From the IMG/VR virus record IMGVR_UViG_3300048008_000607: a stretch of DNA of 64,000 bases; one strand, given 5' to 3'. Within the stretch, counting starts at the first letter, position 1, and each line of letters opens with the position of its first letter. Position numbers and translations under genes: made by a program. The notes under the pieces are model-generated. The model made no database searches and had not been told where the DNA came from. It was given only the letters and a program-made list of their open reading frames with translations. Positions 10,278-21,900 of the stretch are shown here, in pieces. Source of the DNA: an uncultured virus (IMG/VR IMGVR_UViG_3300048008_000607) (Duplodnaviria > Heunggongvirae > Uroviricota > Caudoviricetes > Crassvirales).

Positions 10278-11717
10278 TTATGATTGAGTAACAGACTTGA
10301 ATAAAGTAAAGTTGTTAGCTCCCTGAACACATAAACATCTTTCAGACAAGAAGTGTACATTCATTTCGTCAACGTCAGATGTGTAAACTCCACCTACAGA
10401 TCCAGTGATCCAAGATTTCATTTTTCTATCATCAGCTTCAGAAGCTCTGTAACGTACATGTAAGAAAGGACGCTTGATATTCTTACCTAGTTGCTGATCG
10501 TATACAGTTGAAGTACCAGCAGGTACCATTACACCATCAATATCTTCAGTAAGTCCACGTGTTGCGGCATCATTTAAATATTTCCAGTCAGTTTTGTAAA
10601 AGTCATAAGAACCTCTGCGGAAACCGCTGAATCCTAGGTTAAGTGCCATATCCTCGCTATTGTTGAATACTCCGTAAGAAGTTCCACCATTATAGTGAGC
10701 ATTAACAGCTCCTAGCATATCATCAAAAGCAAGTGCAGTAGCTCTGTTTAAGAAAAGCATGTTTTCTTCAATAGCTCCTTGCTTGTCAAGATTTTTAAGT
10801 ATTTCATCAAAATCTTGAAGAGCAGTTCTGTCAGCCCCAGCATTTGCTAGAGTAGCTTCACCAGAGTTAAAGTTTTGATAGATATTTCCTCTACTTTCAA
10901 TAGCAGCAAAAAGACCTTCAGTACCTTTATATCCTTGGTCATTAGCTTCTGAACCATTACCAGCTGTTGCAGCTAGTTCTCCTTCAACCATTGACATTTC
11001 AAGATAATCCTCAAAACGTAAACGAGTTTCGTGCTCAGACTTTAAATACCATAAGTATCCAGATGCTCCATTTTCAGTAGTTACTTCAACCCATCCAATT
11101 TGTGCAGTATCAGAACCAGAGATAGAATATTTATCTTTGATAATAATAGGAGAGTTGCTAAACTGTTGGAAACCAGCATCTACAGATCCTGTCATACCAG
11201 CTGAACCTTTAGCAAATTCAGAACCGTAAACAAATACTTTTACAGCAACATCAGTACCAGTTGATAAACCAGCAGCATCTAATGTTTGCTCAGCATAAGG
11301 AGCAACGGTAAACGTATCGGTAGTTACAGAAAGTACTACAGCTTTTACTGTTACAAGTCCTTCAGCAACCGCAACAGTCTGTCCAGCGCGTACAGCGTGT
11401 CCAGCTTCTGTGATTACGTTAGTTCCTGTATTAGCAGCAGCTGCATCATAAGCAATGTGCAATCTTCCTTGTTCTGACCAAATAACTTGGTCTGAAGCAG
11501 AAGGAATTTCAGCTCCAACCATACGTAAGAAAGAAGATACTGAACGATTTCCGTAACGCTCAACTTCTTTTTCATATACGTCTGGTAAGAACTGTTGTGC
11601 AAATGTTCCACCACCAGTGGCAGAATCAAAAGTCAGGTAATTTCCTGAAAAAAGTGTTTTAGTAGGTGAAGGCGTTAATCCTGCTGGAAACGATCCACCT
11701 GTTTCAAATAATCCCAT
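10278..11717 (-). CDS. Major capsid protein
   Basis: 479 aa; follows portal and acidic scaffold; QQFLPDVYEKEVERYGNR and LSERCLCVQGANNF resemble flavobacterial podophage capsid proteins; downstream hairpin. Confidence 0.8.
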   Translation of the reverse strand: MGLFETGGSFPAGLTPSPTKTLFSGNYLTFDSATGGGTFAQQFLPDVYEKEVERYGNRSVSSFLRMVGAEIPSASDQVIWSEQGRLHIAYDAAAANTGTNVITEAGHAVRAGQTVAVAEGLVTVKAVVLSVTTDTFTVAPYAEQTLDAAGLSTGTDVAVKVFVYGSEFAKGSAGMTGSVDAGFQQFSNSPIIIKDKYSISGSDTAQIGWVEVTTENGASGYLWYLKSEHETRLRFEDYLEMSMVEGELAATAGNGSEANDQGYKGTEGLFAAIESRGNIYQNFNSGEATLANAGADRTALQDFDEILKNLDKQGAIEENMLFLNRATALAFDDMLGAVNAHYNGGTSYGVFNNSEDMALNLGFSGFRRGSYDFYKTDWKYLNDAATRGLTEDIDGVMVPAGTSTVYDQQLGKNIKRPFLHVRYRASEADDRKMKSWITGSVGGVYTSDVDEMNVHFLSERCLCVQGANNFTLFKSVTQS

Positions 11718-11736
11718 TTTTAATTATTTTTTATTG

Positions 11737-12981
11737 TTATTGTTTCATTTTAATTCTTAATCTAGAGCTGTCATCTCCACTAATTGCACGTATTTTAAAT
11801 CCAGAATCAGTTGTAACCGCTTCATGACCTTGGCGAGGCGCCATATCTACATTTTTAGATTTTGCCATAGACTCTTTAATAGCGTCTGCCTTGCCTTGCT
11901 CGTAAAAGTGATTTGCAATACTGTCTGCATTCATAGCAGTAAATAATGCTTTATGATAACCAGCCGCGTCGGATAATTCATTATTGCTGTCAACAAACTT
12001 GCTGACTAATGTGTTTATATCTGATTGAGATGATTTAACATTATCAATGTCTTTCACATTAAACCTGTATTTATTACTTCCAACTTTATATTCAAAACCT
12101 TTGAATTCATCAGAAAATAATTTGTTAGTTTGCTGCTCAAAAACATTTCTTTGCTGTTCACGCAATTTTTGTGTTGATTCTTGCTCAACTTTATAATCGT
12201 TGTAAAACTGAACCGCTTCTTTTTGGTCTGGAGTTAACTTTGAACTTAACTTAAGATCATCGTAATATTGATTCTTCAGATTAGAAAGATTTGATTTAGC
12301 TTCAGCAATTGATTCTTTAAATAGTAATTTTTTTCTTTTTACATCTCGCTCTTCATCAACTTCTTCATCATATGAAAAATTATCATCAATTAAAAAATCA
12401 ATTTCATCTGTTGATAAATGCGGTTTTGTTTGTTGATAGTACTCACGCAAAAGTTGCATGTCATCCATACTATCATAATCTTTATTAAGACTTACATAGT
12501 CTTCAAGTGTTCCACCAGTTTCTTCCATAAATTTGACTAGTTTGTCAATATTTTCTGGCAACTCGTTGGTTTCTTGATTATTATTTACACTTTCATCTTG
12601 TTCTTTAAGCTTATTAGGAATATCTTTTATTTTATCCGCTAATGTGGGCTCTTTTTCCTCTACAGTTTCCTCTTGTACAAGCTCTAGCGTTTGCTCTTCT
12701 GCTGCACTTTCATTGTTATCGGACCGTACTTCTTGGTCCACTTCCGGGCTATCTTCGGTTCGTTCGCCCACATCCACGCTTGTTGTTTCTTGCTCTTGAA
12801 CGGCATTTGCTTCTTCTGTTTGAGGTTGTTGTCTTAAATCTACCTTTATGGTACCATCATCATCAACGGTAACATTTTGTGGTGTTTCTACTGCTTGAAC
12901 TTCTTCTTTTGGTTGTTCTTCATTTTGTTGTTCAACTGTTTCTTGTACAGTCTCTTCAACGTTTGTCGTTTCTTCTGACAT
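11737..12981 (-). CDS. Putative capsid scaffolding protein
   Basis: 414 aa; very acidic low-complexity N-terminus and helical C-terminus; between portal and capsid genes. Confidence 0.65.
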   Translation of the reverse strand: MSEETTNVEETVQETVEQQNEEQPKEEVQAVETPQNVTVDDDGTIKVDLRQQPQTEEANAVQEQETTSVDVGERTEDSPEVDQEVRSDNNESAAEEQTLELVQEETVEEKEPTLADKIKDIPNKLKEQDESVNNNQETNELPENIDKLVKFMEETGGTLEDYVSLNKDYDSMDDMQLLREYYQQTKPHLSTDEIDFLIDDNFSYDEEVDEERDVKRKKLLFKESIAEAKSNLSNLKNQYYDDLKLSSKLTPDQKEAVQFYNDYKVEQESTQKLREQQRNVFEQQTNKLFSDEFKGFEYKVGSNKYRFNVKDIDNVKSSQSDINTLVSKFVDSNNELSDAAGYHKALFTAMNADSIANHFYEQGKADAIKESMAKSKNVDMAPRQGHEAVTTDSGFKIRAISGDDSSRLRIKMKQ

Positions 12982-13013
12982 AATAAAATAATATAAAATT
13001 GGTTAAATAAAAA

Positions 13014-15437
13014 TTATCTAGGCTCAAACATTTCTAAATTAAATCCACTACCCATTGTATCATTTCCTGCAGATTCAAATTCTTGTTCGCCTTTTTTATC
13101 TTTTCTTTGCTCTATAAGCTTAGACTGTTGAGAAGCTTGTATACGAGTTCTTTCGTCTTTACGATCTTCTTTATACTTTTCTTTATCAGTAAGCATGTCA
13201 GTCTCTTTGTCTTTAAGAGCTATATTAAGATCAAACTCATATTTCATAAGTTCTTTCTTAAGTTCTTTTTCTTGCATCATTTTTTGCATTTCAAGATCAT
13301 TCTCAATTTGAATAAGCTGAATTTTTTGTCCTGTAATTGCTTCATTCTTTTGAATTTCCATTTGAGCAGCTACTTGTGTATTTTGCGAATTAGCATCTGC
13401 TTGTGCTTGAATATTACGCTGTTGTAATTCTTGATCTTGCTCAAGTTTTTTCTTACGCCTTACTTTTAATAATTGATTGGCAAGTTTAATATTTTTAATT
13501 TCCCTAATATCAATAGCGTCTTCAAGATATATTTGATCTTTAGCTAATGCTTGCTGAATATTGTTTTCAAGCATTTGTTTTTCTTCTTCATCTGGCGATA
13601 ATTCAATGAATATACCAAAGTCATGCAAATGCATATTTTTAATATCTTCTAATGTACCTACATTGAATCTTCCTATGCTAGATATAAATGCATCTCTTGT
13701 AGGTGAAAACTCTAAAACATCTGATATACGTAAACTAATAGCTTCAGCAGTTTTAGCTGTAAGATAAAGACTGGATTGTAATATGTGTCTTGTAGCAGTG
13801 TTTGAATTTGCTGCTGCAAGTTTTTGAACTCCAACTAATGCATTAGCATCTGGTGTTGAGCCATCCCTTGCTTCATTTAATCCAGTTACATCTCTAATCA
13901 TTTGAAGATAATAATTATAAGTGCTTATAAGAGAACTTATTTTATTATTACCACCATTAGAGGTTAATTCAGTAATTGGTACTCTACCAGGATTCATATC
14001 ACCCTCATTAGTCATTGACCTACCAATAACGGAACCTGTTTGAAAAAACATATTTAACGCTTCCTGCGGATTATAATTTGTACCATTACCTAAATCTATT
14101 TCAGCTAATCCGTCTGCATCCAAATAAACTCCATCAGGTATCATTCTTGACATTACCTGTTGTAGTTTTAAATGAGTTAATTGAATCATATCTGCAAAAC
14201 CTGTAATACGGCTTACAAGAGATTCAATGCGGCCTTTATATATTCTCGGAGCTACCACATGATAATTAAGCATTACTTTTGTAGTATCGCTTTTAGGTCT
14301 AATCATGTTTTTAGCAAGCTCCCACTTTAATATTCTTTTTGTACCAAGCACAAATGCACCATCATATACAACCTCAATAGACCTAGCTTCTTTTGAAAAC
14401 CTTGCTCTATCATCTTTAGGCGGGTTAAATTGATCTGTTTTAGGTATTGCTTTATCTGCACCGCTCGCAGTTTTCTTTACTTTAAATACTTGATTGTTAT
14501 ATGTTTTATAATTAAAATATAAAATTTGTATTGTATTAGCATCAAGTACACTATCTTCATTTATAAAACGATTGTGTGACGCTGATGTTTGAGTACCTTG
14601 TTTAGTTAAATCTTTTAAGTCTTCTTCTGTTAATTCGGGAAACTGCTGCTTTAATTCGTTTATTGTAACACTTTTAACCTCACCTATATAATATATATCG
14701 TCAAAATATGGTGAATATGTATATGAGTAAACAATATCTGCGGGATCAACATACTTAACTTTAATACCTTCTGATGTATTAAAATCATTTTTTGCTGCTC
14801 CAATACCAATTGTAACTAAATCATAATTAATTCTACGCTGAGTTAATTCATAATTATTTGCATTCATTACAGAATTAATAGCTTGTTCTTCAGCTATTTC
14901 AATTGCCTGTTTGTATTCAAGCTGCATGTGTAATGACAATTCTTCTTCTGTTTCAGGAAGTTGCTCAGGATCATTTGCATATACATTTATGCCTAATTGA
15001 TTCTGAATTTGATCTGATATTGCTCTTGTTTGCATATCAGCCATTATCGACTCTACATACCTAGTACGCTGTTTAACGGATGAAGGATCCTGACTAAATG
15101 CTTTAATATCATAAAGTCTATCCGACATACCATTCACTACAATATCAACAAACTTAGGAATAATAGGTACAGGCTTCCAGTCTAAGTTTAAATAAGATAA
15201 ATCACCATTGATAGATAATTCATCTTTATATTTTTTTACCGACTGCTCGCCTCTTGCATATAATCTTAGTCTATGATATTCATCTCTGTTAGAATAAAAA
15301 CGCGTAGCCCCACTATCTCTTTTGAACCATTCATGTTCAATAGCACGAGCCACTTTTAATCCGTATTCTAAACTAGCCTTCTCAGCATCGCTTGCGATTT
15401 GACTTGGAAATGAACTTTTTAATATTGTTTCAGCCAT
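13014..15437 (-). CDS. Portal protein
   Basis: 807 aa; PIIPKFVDIV and IRDVTGLNEARDG motifs, C-terminal coiled coil; follows terminase. Confidence 0.85.
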   Translation of the reverse strand: MAETILKSSFPSQIASDAEKASLEYGLKVARAIEHEWFKRDSGATRFYSNRDEYHRLRLYARGEQSVKKYKDELSINGDLSYLNLDWKPVPIIPKFVDIVVNGMSDRLYDIKAFSQDPSSVKQRTRYVESIMADMQTRAISDQIQNQLGINVYANDPEQLPETEEELSLHMQLEYKQAIEIAEEQAINSVMNANNYELTQRRINYDLVTIGIGAAKNDFNTSEGIKVKYVDPADIVYSYTYSPYFDDIYYIGEVKSVTINELKQQFPELTEEDLKDLTKQGTQTSASHNRFINEDSVLDANTIQILYFNYKTYNNQVFKVKKTASGADKAIPKTDQFNPPKDDRARFSKEARSIEVVYDGAFVLGTKRILKWELAKNMIRPKSDTTKVMLNYHVVAPRIYKGRIESLVSRITGFADMIQLTHLKLQQVMSRMIPDGVYLDADGLAEIDLGNGTNYNPQEALNMFFQTGSVIGRSMTNEGDMNPGRVPITELTSNGGNNKISSLISTYNYYLQMIRDVTGLNEARDGSTPDANALVGVQKLAAANSNTATRHILQSSLYLTAKTAEAISLRISDVLEFSPTRDAFISSIGRFNVGTLEDIKNMHLHDFGIFIELSPDEEEKQMLENNIQQALAKDQIYLEDAIDIREIKNIKLANQLLKVRRKKKLEQDQELQQRNIQAQADANSQNTQVAAQMEIQKNEAITGQKIQLIQIENDLEMQKMMQEKELKKELMKYEFDLNIALKDKETDMLTDKEKYKEDRKDERTRIQASQQSKLIEQRKDKKGEQEFESAGNDTMGSGFNLEMFEPR

Positions 15438-15438
15438 G

Positions 15439-17646
15439 CTATTTAATTATTTGCGAATGCATTCCTTTATTGTTAAATCTTTTCATTTTTATTCCTAACG
15501 ATTGTTTTTCGTATTTTGGTTTTGGATGATATAAATGCCTATTGCAAGCCATAATAGCGAGCCCAGAACTAATAGTTGCATCATATTTTGTTCTTTTATT
15601 TATATCAAACCTTGCCCAATCGTTTAATGTTCTATTAAAATATATATTACCACTGCCTTCTTCATTATAACCAACATATTTATCTATGTAAGTTTCTATA
15701 GCGGCCGCGTGAGCTTGTTTTATATCTTCTGATGTATTAGGTATACCACCTATTTCTTTTTCCGTTACAGATAATTTATTCCAAATTTTATCAGGACGAT
15801 TCATTGAAAAGCCTCTGTAACCTCTTCGTTTTAAATAATATAATAATCTTGGTTTATTATTTTCTGCTAATATTGGCATTCCGTAATATACTAATGCCAT
15901 AAGCATATCTTCAAAAAATATTTCTGCAGTTTGAGGTCTAGCAACATATTCTAAAAAAAATGTATTAGGCGGCGCATCTTCCATACTAAACTTAGTAAGT
16001 CCATGTAACGAACCTTTAGAACCAATTCCATCTGTAGTACCTGATATATCATATGAGTCACATCCAAATGCTCCCATATGCTCATTACCAGGATATTTCA
16101 TTCCATTCTTTATTATTACGTTGTTTTCTAGGTTTTTAGGAGGTGTCCAGCTAACAATAAATCTGCCACTATTATTAGGTGTAAATATTACTTTGCTATC
16201 TTTTATTCCATTTTCCCATGAAAACGATCCTTTGGTAACAAGCCCGTCGCGAATAGCGCTTTCATTAAAATCAATTTGCTCGTATATTTTACTTAAATTA
16301 AAAATACTATTTTTAGCTTCATCTCTAAATGCATGCTCCTCAGTACGAGGAAATTGCCTATAGTATTCATTTAAACCATCGCTATCGTGTTTTAAACCTT
16401 CAACTTCATTTTCCCAAAACTCTATGACTCCGGTATCGATATACTCTTCATCATTTCCAAAGACGGATTTTTCTGGAGTATCAAAGACAGGGTATCCAAA
16501 AGAATCAATGTATCCTTCGTAGTTCCATTCCATAGGTATGAACAAACTATATAATCCCGAGCTAGTCTGTCCATTTTTATTGCGTCTTGTAACGTCTGAG
16601 TCATAATAAAGCTTTTTAAAGTTGTCACCACCTTTTTCTAATGCATTGGATGTTGATCCCATCATACACTTTCCTATAATTCTACTACCTAATCGTAATG
16701 TTGTTTTTGTTACACGCCAGTTATTTAATATATTATCAGGTCTTTCCCATTTGCCTGATTCATCATGCACTAGTAATCTAAGTTTTTCACCATCATAACT
16801 ATTATCACCAGTATTTTTCCAGTCTATCGTTGTATCTAACCCTTCTAATATCTGTTTTTCACTGGTTTGGGTAATACTCTTTTTGGTAAGCTTCGATGCG
16901 GGAACTCTGTAGGCGAGTTCAGACTTGGGTCTGTCCATTCCGTCCTGGATGGGTTTGAAAAAAAACGGGTAGTTGACCGATATTGGTACCACCTTGTCTG
17001 TAAACATTTTCTTTGCATCAGCACCGGACTTTGATAATATTCCAAATCTAGCATCTGACGTAATTGTTGCTTGGTTAACAGTTTCTGCTGACGACATAAA
17101 ACTAAACCCAGACCGTCTATTTTTGAGGTAGCACATTCCATAACATCTTTTATCTGCCTTGCATGCTTCCCAGAATATAAAGAATAATCTATTTGCTTCT
17201 CTATAATCCGGTTTCCCAACATCAATTTTGGTGTGCTGCAAGTACATATAATGAGAACCAGTAATAAAAGTAGGGAGATTTTTATTAATGAACCAATAAC
17301 CTTCTTCGCGTCTGGTAAATTCTCTATCAATATATGCATACCATTTGTTTTTAAAAGACTCAGGATACGATTCCCAATCAAATATACTTTTTACGTTTTT
17401 AAGTTCCTTAGGAAACTCGTGCGGTATCCATCTACTATCATTGTTATCTATTTCTTTTGGCACCGGTGGTAATGCTATACACAATCCCTGTAGCTCAATG
17501 ATTTCACCTATCTTACCGGTTTTACTTATAACAACAATATCGTGTTCTTTATTGTATCCGTACAACCATTTGTTATACCTATTTAATCTTTTGATTACGT
17601 TAGGCTTAACAGGAGTTACGGTTTTAACTAATGTCTGTTCGTACAT
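15439..17646 (-). CDS. Terminase large subunit
   Basis: 735 aa; Walker A variant LKNRRSGFS, Walker B LLVHDE, nuclease motif FGCDSYD. Confidence 0.9.
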   Translation of the reverse strand: MYEQTLVKTVTPVKPNVIKRLNRYNKWLYGYNKEHDIVVISKTGKIGEIIELQGLCIALPPVPKEIDNNDSRWIPHEFPKELKNVKSIFDWESYPESFKNKWYAYIDREFTRREEGYWFINKNLPTFITGSHYMYLQHTKIDVGKPDYREANRLFFIFWEACKADKRCYGMCYLKNRRSGFSFMSSAETVNQATITSDARFGILSKSGADAKKMFTDKVVPISVNYPFFFKPIQDGMDRPKSELAYRVPASKLTKKSITQTSEKQILEGLDTTIDWKNTGDNSYDGEKLRLLVHDESGKWERPDNILNNWRVTKTTLRLGSRIIGKCMMGSTSNALEKGGDNFKKLYYDSDVTRRNKNGQTSSGLYSLFIPMEWNYEGYIDSFGYPVFDTPEKSVFGNDEEYIDTGVIEFWENEVEGLKHDSDGLNEYYRQFPRTEEHAFRDEAKNSIFNLSKIYEQIDFNESAIRDGLVTKGSFSWENGIKDSKVIFTPNNSGRFIVSWTPPKNLENNVIIKNGMKYPGNEHMGAFGCDSYDISGTTDGIGSKGSLHGLTKFSMEDAPPNTFFLEYVARPQTAEIFFEDMLMALVYYGMPILAENNKPRLLYYLKRRGYRGFSMNRPDKIWNKLSVTEKEIGGIPNTSEDIKQAHAAAIETYIDKYVGYNEEGSGNIYFNRTLNDWARFDINKRTKYDATISSGLAIMACNRHLYHPKPKYEKQSLGIKMKRFNNKGMHSQIIK

Positions 17647-17921
17647 TACTTAGATCTTCTTTCAGCAAATCCACCAAATGCTTCTTTCTTTTCAATGGGT
17701 TTATCTTCCATTAAATTCTTTTCAGCTTCTATACGTGTAAGAATTTCAAAAGCATCGAATATTGCAAGCTTTTTAGTTGCAGCAGCATTTTTTAATCTAT
17801 CAGCAGCAAGTTCATCATCACTACCCTCAACAATTATTTCTTCTTCTGCTACCCTTATAAGCTCGTGTACCGCTTTATACCCAGCTTGTATTATACTCGA
17901 CTTCAGTTCCTTTGCGTTCAT
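17646..17921 (-). CDS. Putative terminase small subunit
   Basis: 91 aa helical protein coupled to the large subunit gene; call rests on position. Confidence 0.45.
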   Translation of the reverse strand: MNAKELKSSIIQAGYKAVHELIRVAEEEIIVEGSDDELAADRLKNAAATKKLAIFDAFEILTRIEAEKNLMEDKPIEKKEAFGGFAERRSK

Positions 17922-18474
17922 ATTTAATTGAAATTGAATTAAGTGGTACTCTATATAATTTTTCGTTGTCTATAACGAACTCATATTCACTGTTTGGTGT
18001 AAAACCTATTAAATCATTATCTTGTAATCCAAAGCTCTTTAAATCGCTCCCTAGGTGCTTTAAAACACCTGTGAGTGGCTCTTCTTTGTCTTCAGTAAGA
18101 TTATTTGTACTTTTAATTGGTTTTACAAAGCAGAATCCGGGTGGTGTGTACCATTTACCACTTCGTTTATATAAAAATATCTGGTCACTAAAGCAAAAGT
18201 ATTTATCTTCTTCAAAATAGTTACGACTATTTTTTTCATTACCTCGCATATCATAATATCTTCTAAATACATTATGATGAATAATTACCTCATCACCTAT
18301 TCGTAGATCATATTCGTCTTTAATAATCGGTGTTTCAATTATAACACCACATCTGTTTACAAACTTATGATCTTCTATTGATGTATTTAATATTAATTCT
18401 TGACCTTCAACATATTTCTTATTACTGTATCTACCATCAATTGGTTCAACAATATAAGCATGCGTATGTTTCAT
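17875..18474 (-). CDS. Tandem GroES-like domain protein
   Basis: 199 aa; two halves each with a GroES-like pattern (YIVEP...GVIIETP...LRIGDEVII and CFVKP...GVLKHLG...LQDNDLIGF). Confidence 0.5.
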   Translation of the reverse strand: MKHTHAYIVEPIDGRYSNKKYVEGQELILNTSIEDHKFVNRCGVIIETPIIKDEYDLRIGDEVIIHHNVFRRYYDMRGNEKNSRNYFEEDKYFCFSDQIFLYKRSGKWYTPPGFCFVKPIKSTNNLTEDKEEPLTGVLKHLGSDLKSFGLQDNDLIGFTPNSEYEFVIDNEKLYRVPLNSISIKYERKGTEVEYNTSWV

Positions 18475-18692
18475 TAATATTCTAAATTAAATTCAATTGA
18501 TACTGCCATATTTTTATTAAATTCTTTCCAAGGTAAAACCTCATCTTTCTTTTTAATATATATTTTATAGCAGTTTTCTTCTTCTAGTATTTCTGATATA
18601 ATGTGACCACCAAAAACCTCTTGACCAACGCTGTAATGCATTGCATCGTTTTTATAATCACGACCAATACTAATCTTCCGTATTAGATTCAT
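18474..18692 (-). CDS. Conserved hypothetical phage protein
   Basis: Probable start MNLIRKISIGRDYKNDAMHYSVGQ; coupled to its neighbours. Confidence 0.55.
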   Translation of the reverse strand: MNLIRKISIGRDYKNDAMHYSVGQEVFGGHIISEILEEENCYKIYIKKKDEVLPWKEFNKNMAVSIEFNLEY

Positions 18693-18921
18693 CTTCTTTA
18701 ATTGTTTCGTAGCTACCGTCTTCAATATTGATATTTATCTTACCGTAAAATTCTTGTAGCTCTGATTTAAATTTATTTAACTCTTGACTAAGCAAATCAA
18801 AACGATGTAGTAAAGTATGTTTTTGTACTTCAACTGTACCAATTTGAGTTTGCGTAGTTTTTAAAATTGTAGTTAGATTTTGTAGCTTACTAAGCTCTTC
18901 TGTTTTAATTGTTTTTGACAT
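18670..18921 (-). CDS. Small coiled-coil hypothetical protein
   Basis: 83 aa; heptad pattern ending YGKININIEDG. Confidence 0.55.
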   Translation of the reverse strand: MSKTIKTEELSKLQNLTTILKTTQTQIGTVEVQKHTLLHRFDLLSQELNKFKSELQEFYGKININIEDGSYETIKEDESNTED

Positions 18922-18962
18922 AATTTAAAATTTAATTGAATATAAGTATTTATTACGTATTT

Positions 18963-21900
18963 TTATCTGTGTGCAAACGCCATATAAATCCATTTAGTAT
19001 TTGTTTCGTTATATGCAGCCCCTGTAAATTGAAATCCTGTTGACGTTAACGTAATCCTAGTATCCGAGGCCTCAACATTAGTTAAATCAAATCTTAATAT
19101 CCCTCCAGGTCTTTTATTTTCAAATATTACCCAGTTACTTGCCGCTCCCACGTATCTTTTAACCATAACAAAAGCAGGTTCAAAACCTAAATTTTGTGCA
19201 TTACCAGCAGCGTTTGTTCCACTATAAGTACCTATTTTACTAAAACCAGGAACAGAATGCCAAGCATAACTTATATATTCATTGCTACTATTTTTATTCA
19301 TTTCATTTGCACTTGAAACGCCTACTGTAAAAGTATTAGCATCATATGCTTGATAAAAAGTTGAGGTATTACTCAGTACGCTAGTAGTGTTTAATGTCAT
19401 ATAATCACTATCTCCAAGCCCTGGTATTCCGCCTATTCCAAAAATCCAAGAAGTTGGATTAGTAAGTCCTTTTGTAAGTATAATTTCAGGGGGTTTAGAT
19501 AAGCCATGATTTATTTTAGAGCCGCTTATTCCATTTCCAGTCCATTTAATAATACTAAACCCATTATCTTTATTTGCGCTAATGCCATCGGGCGTTATTG
19601 TACCTGTATCTAATCCTAAAGTAGAAGCAGATGCACTTGATGTTACAGTACCGTTTTCTAATATATTGTAAGTGTTATCATTACCTGCGGCTTTGAAACC
19701 ATGTCCCACATATGTAAAGCCATTTTCATTTATTCCATTTGTATTAGTTCCTGAGTAAGTAATATTTATTCCTTTATCCGCAAATTCAACGTAATCTCCT
19801 CCCCAATCACCTTGATTATTAGTGGCATTAGAATATAACATTTTTCTTGGTCCTCTTACTGTATCTTGCCAAATCCAATAATGTCCGTAAGAAGTAGTTC
19901 TATTCTTAACTATCCATAAATCTGGTTTAAATCCATATTCTATAGATCTAGCGGTTGCAGTACCTGTCCATGTTTGTGCAACAAAATTATCTTCAGGATA
20001 ATTACCACCTTCAATAAATTCATTACCATCACCTAATGTAGCTACACCGTTAGAGTATTTAACTGGATCTTCAGCAAATGCCATAAAGATGTATGAACCA
20101 GACGCATTTACATCACTATCCGTAGTAACTGGTTTAAAACCATTACTATAAAAATTAGTAGCTTGTGCTGTGCTTTCTGTATTAGATGCGTTAGCGTATA
20201 AAGGTTTATCATTTGGATTTCTTGTATCTCTTTTGTTGTCAAGGATAGTCCAAAAACCAGCTGCATCTGTTCTTTTTACCATTACAAAAGCAGGTTTAAA
20301 CCCAGTATAAACAAATGGACCATCAGTTGAACCATTTCCAGTGTACGAGCCAATTTTGCTAAAACCATCTACAGAGTGAAAGCAGTAGGCGATATAAGCA
20401 CCATTTGCATTTACATTAACATTATCTGAAACACTAAATACTGTTGAAGTCGGTGCAGTGTCGTTCCACACGCTTTTAATACTTTGGTTTGAAGGTTCTT
20501 CGTATACGTTTGTTAAGTTTAAATATGCATGCCCTTGTTCTCCTGAATTACCTAGATTTGTTGTTGCTGATGAGGAATAGACCATCCAGTTATATGCTGA
20601 TACATTTTGTAATCCTTTTACAATAATCAAATCAGGTTCTAAACTTAATCCGTGTCCGATAGTTGCTCCTGCACTATTACTCCCAGTATATTTCACAATA
20701 CTAAATCCCGCCTCTGTATTAGCTGAAACTTGACTTGTAATGGTTCCATCTGTGTTTGATACTGCTGCACCTCCTGCTTTCCATGCCCAAGCAACACAAT
20801 CCCCATTAAAATCAGATGATGTCCCGATTGAAAAACCATTAGAATCAAAAGATGTTATAGATTGCGCGTCGTATTGAGTTGAAGAAGTATCGTTTGAAAA
20901 AATTCTATTTCCTGCACCTCTTATAGAATCGTGTAATTGAGGCCAAGCAGCGATGTCTCTATTTTTCCACCATACCAAATCCGGTGCAAATCCTACATTA
21001 ATATTACCATAAGGCTTGTCTTGAGTGTAAGTTACGTTGGTGTCTGTACCGTTATATTTTAAATACAAACCTTGAAACCCTGTTGATGGTGTATAATCCC
21101 AAGCACTTGCTCCAAAGTTAGTTCTGTGGTCATTACTTCCACCAGACGTTCTTGCTTCAGCCGCAACCAAAAACTCTCCACTTAATCCTGTAAATGCATT
21201 ACCATAACCAGTACCGTTTTTATAGAATTCAAGCGTACCGTTATCTAAATCTAATTCAACTCCAATTATATCACCATTAGCAAAACCGCCAGACATATAT
21301 CCAGAAGTAGTAATAGAACCGTTATGATAAACATTACCATTTACATATAATCCCCATGAAGTGCTTGAAGTTCCAACAACGTAATGACTACCTAAATCTC
21401 CAGGCCTTGCAATACCAAAAGAAGATTCACCCCCTATGCTAATAACCTCGTGCTCCCAATACCATTTTCCGCTAGATACAGACTCAGTACTATATCCTAT
21501 TTTATTACCAGAGCCACCTGTCATTCTTAAATTACCCTCTGAGTAAATAGGAATTGAGCTAAGCGTAGAATCCCATGTTGCAAATTCAGTACTTACAATA
21601 TCAATATTATTAGCATTACCTTCCATATCATAATGTGCTACAAGGTTACTAATAGCATCAATATTTGTAGTATCATCATCAGCTAAATAACCTACTTCTG
21701 TTAAGGTTAGTACGTCTGAATAAATTCTTACATCGTCTATTTTACCATCAAATGCAGTCGTAGCAATACCCGTACCACCTATAAAAAATGAATCTCCTGC
21801 ATCGGGTCCCCAAGTAGTTAATCCCGATAAAGTTACTGCAGAACCATTTACATATGCTGTAGTTGTAGTACCATTGTTAGTCATTACAATATGATACCAT

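Noticed and set aside
17100..17130. Terminase Walker A lacking the usual GKS/T
   Set aside because: RRSGFS-type variants with an upstream Lys are known in crAss-like terminases, so this is not evidence of inactivation or novelty.
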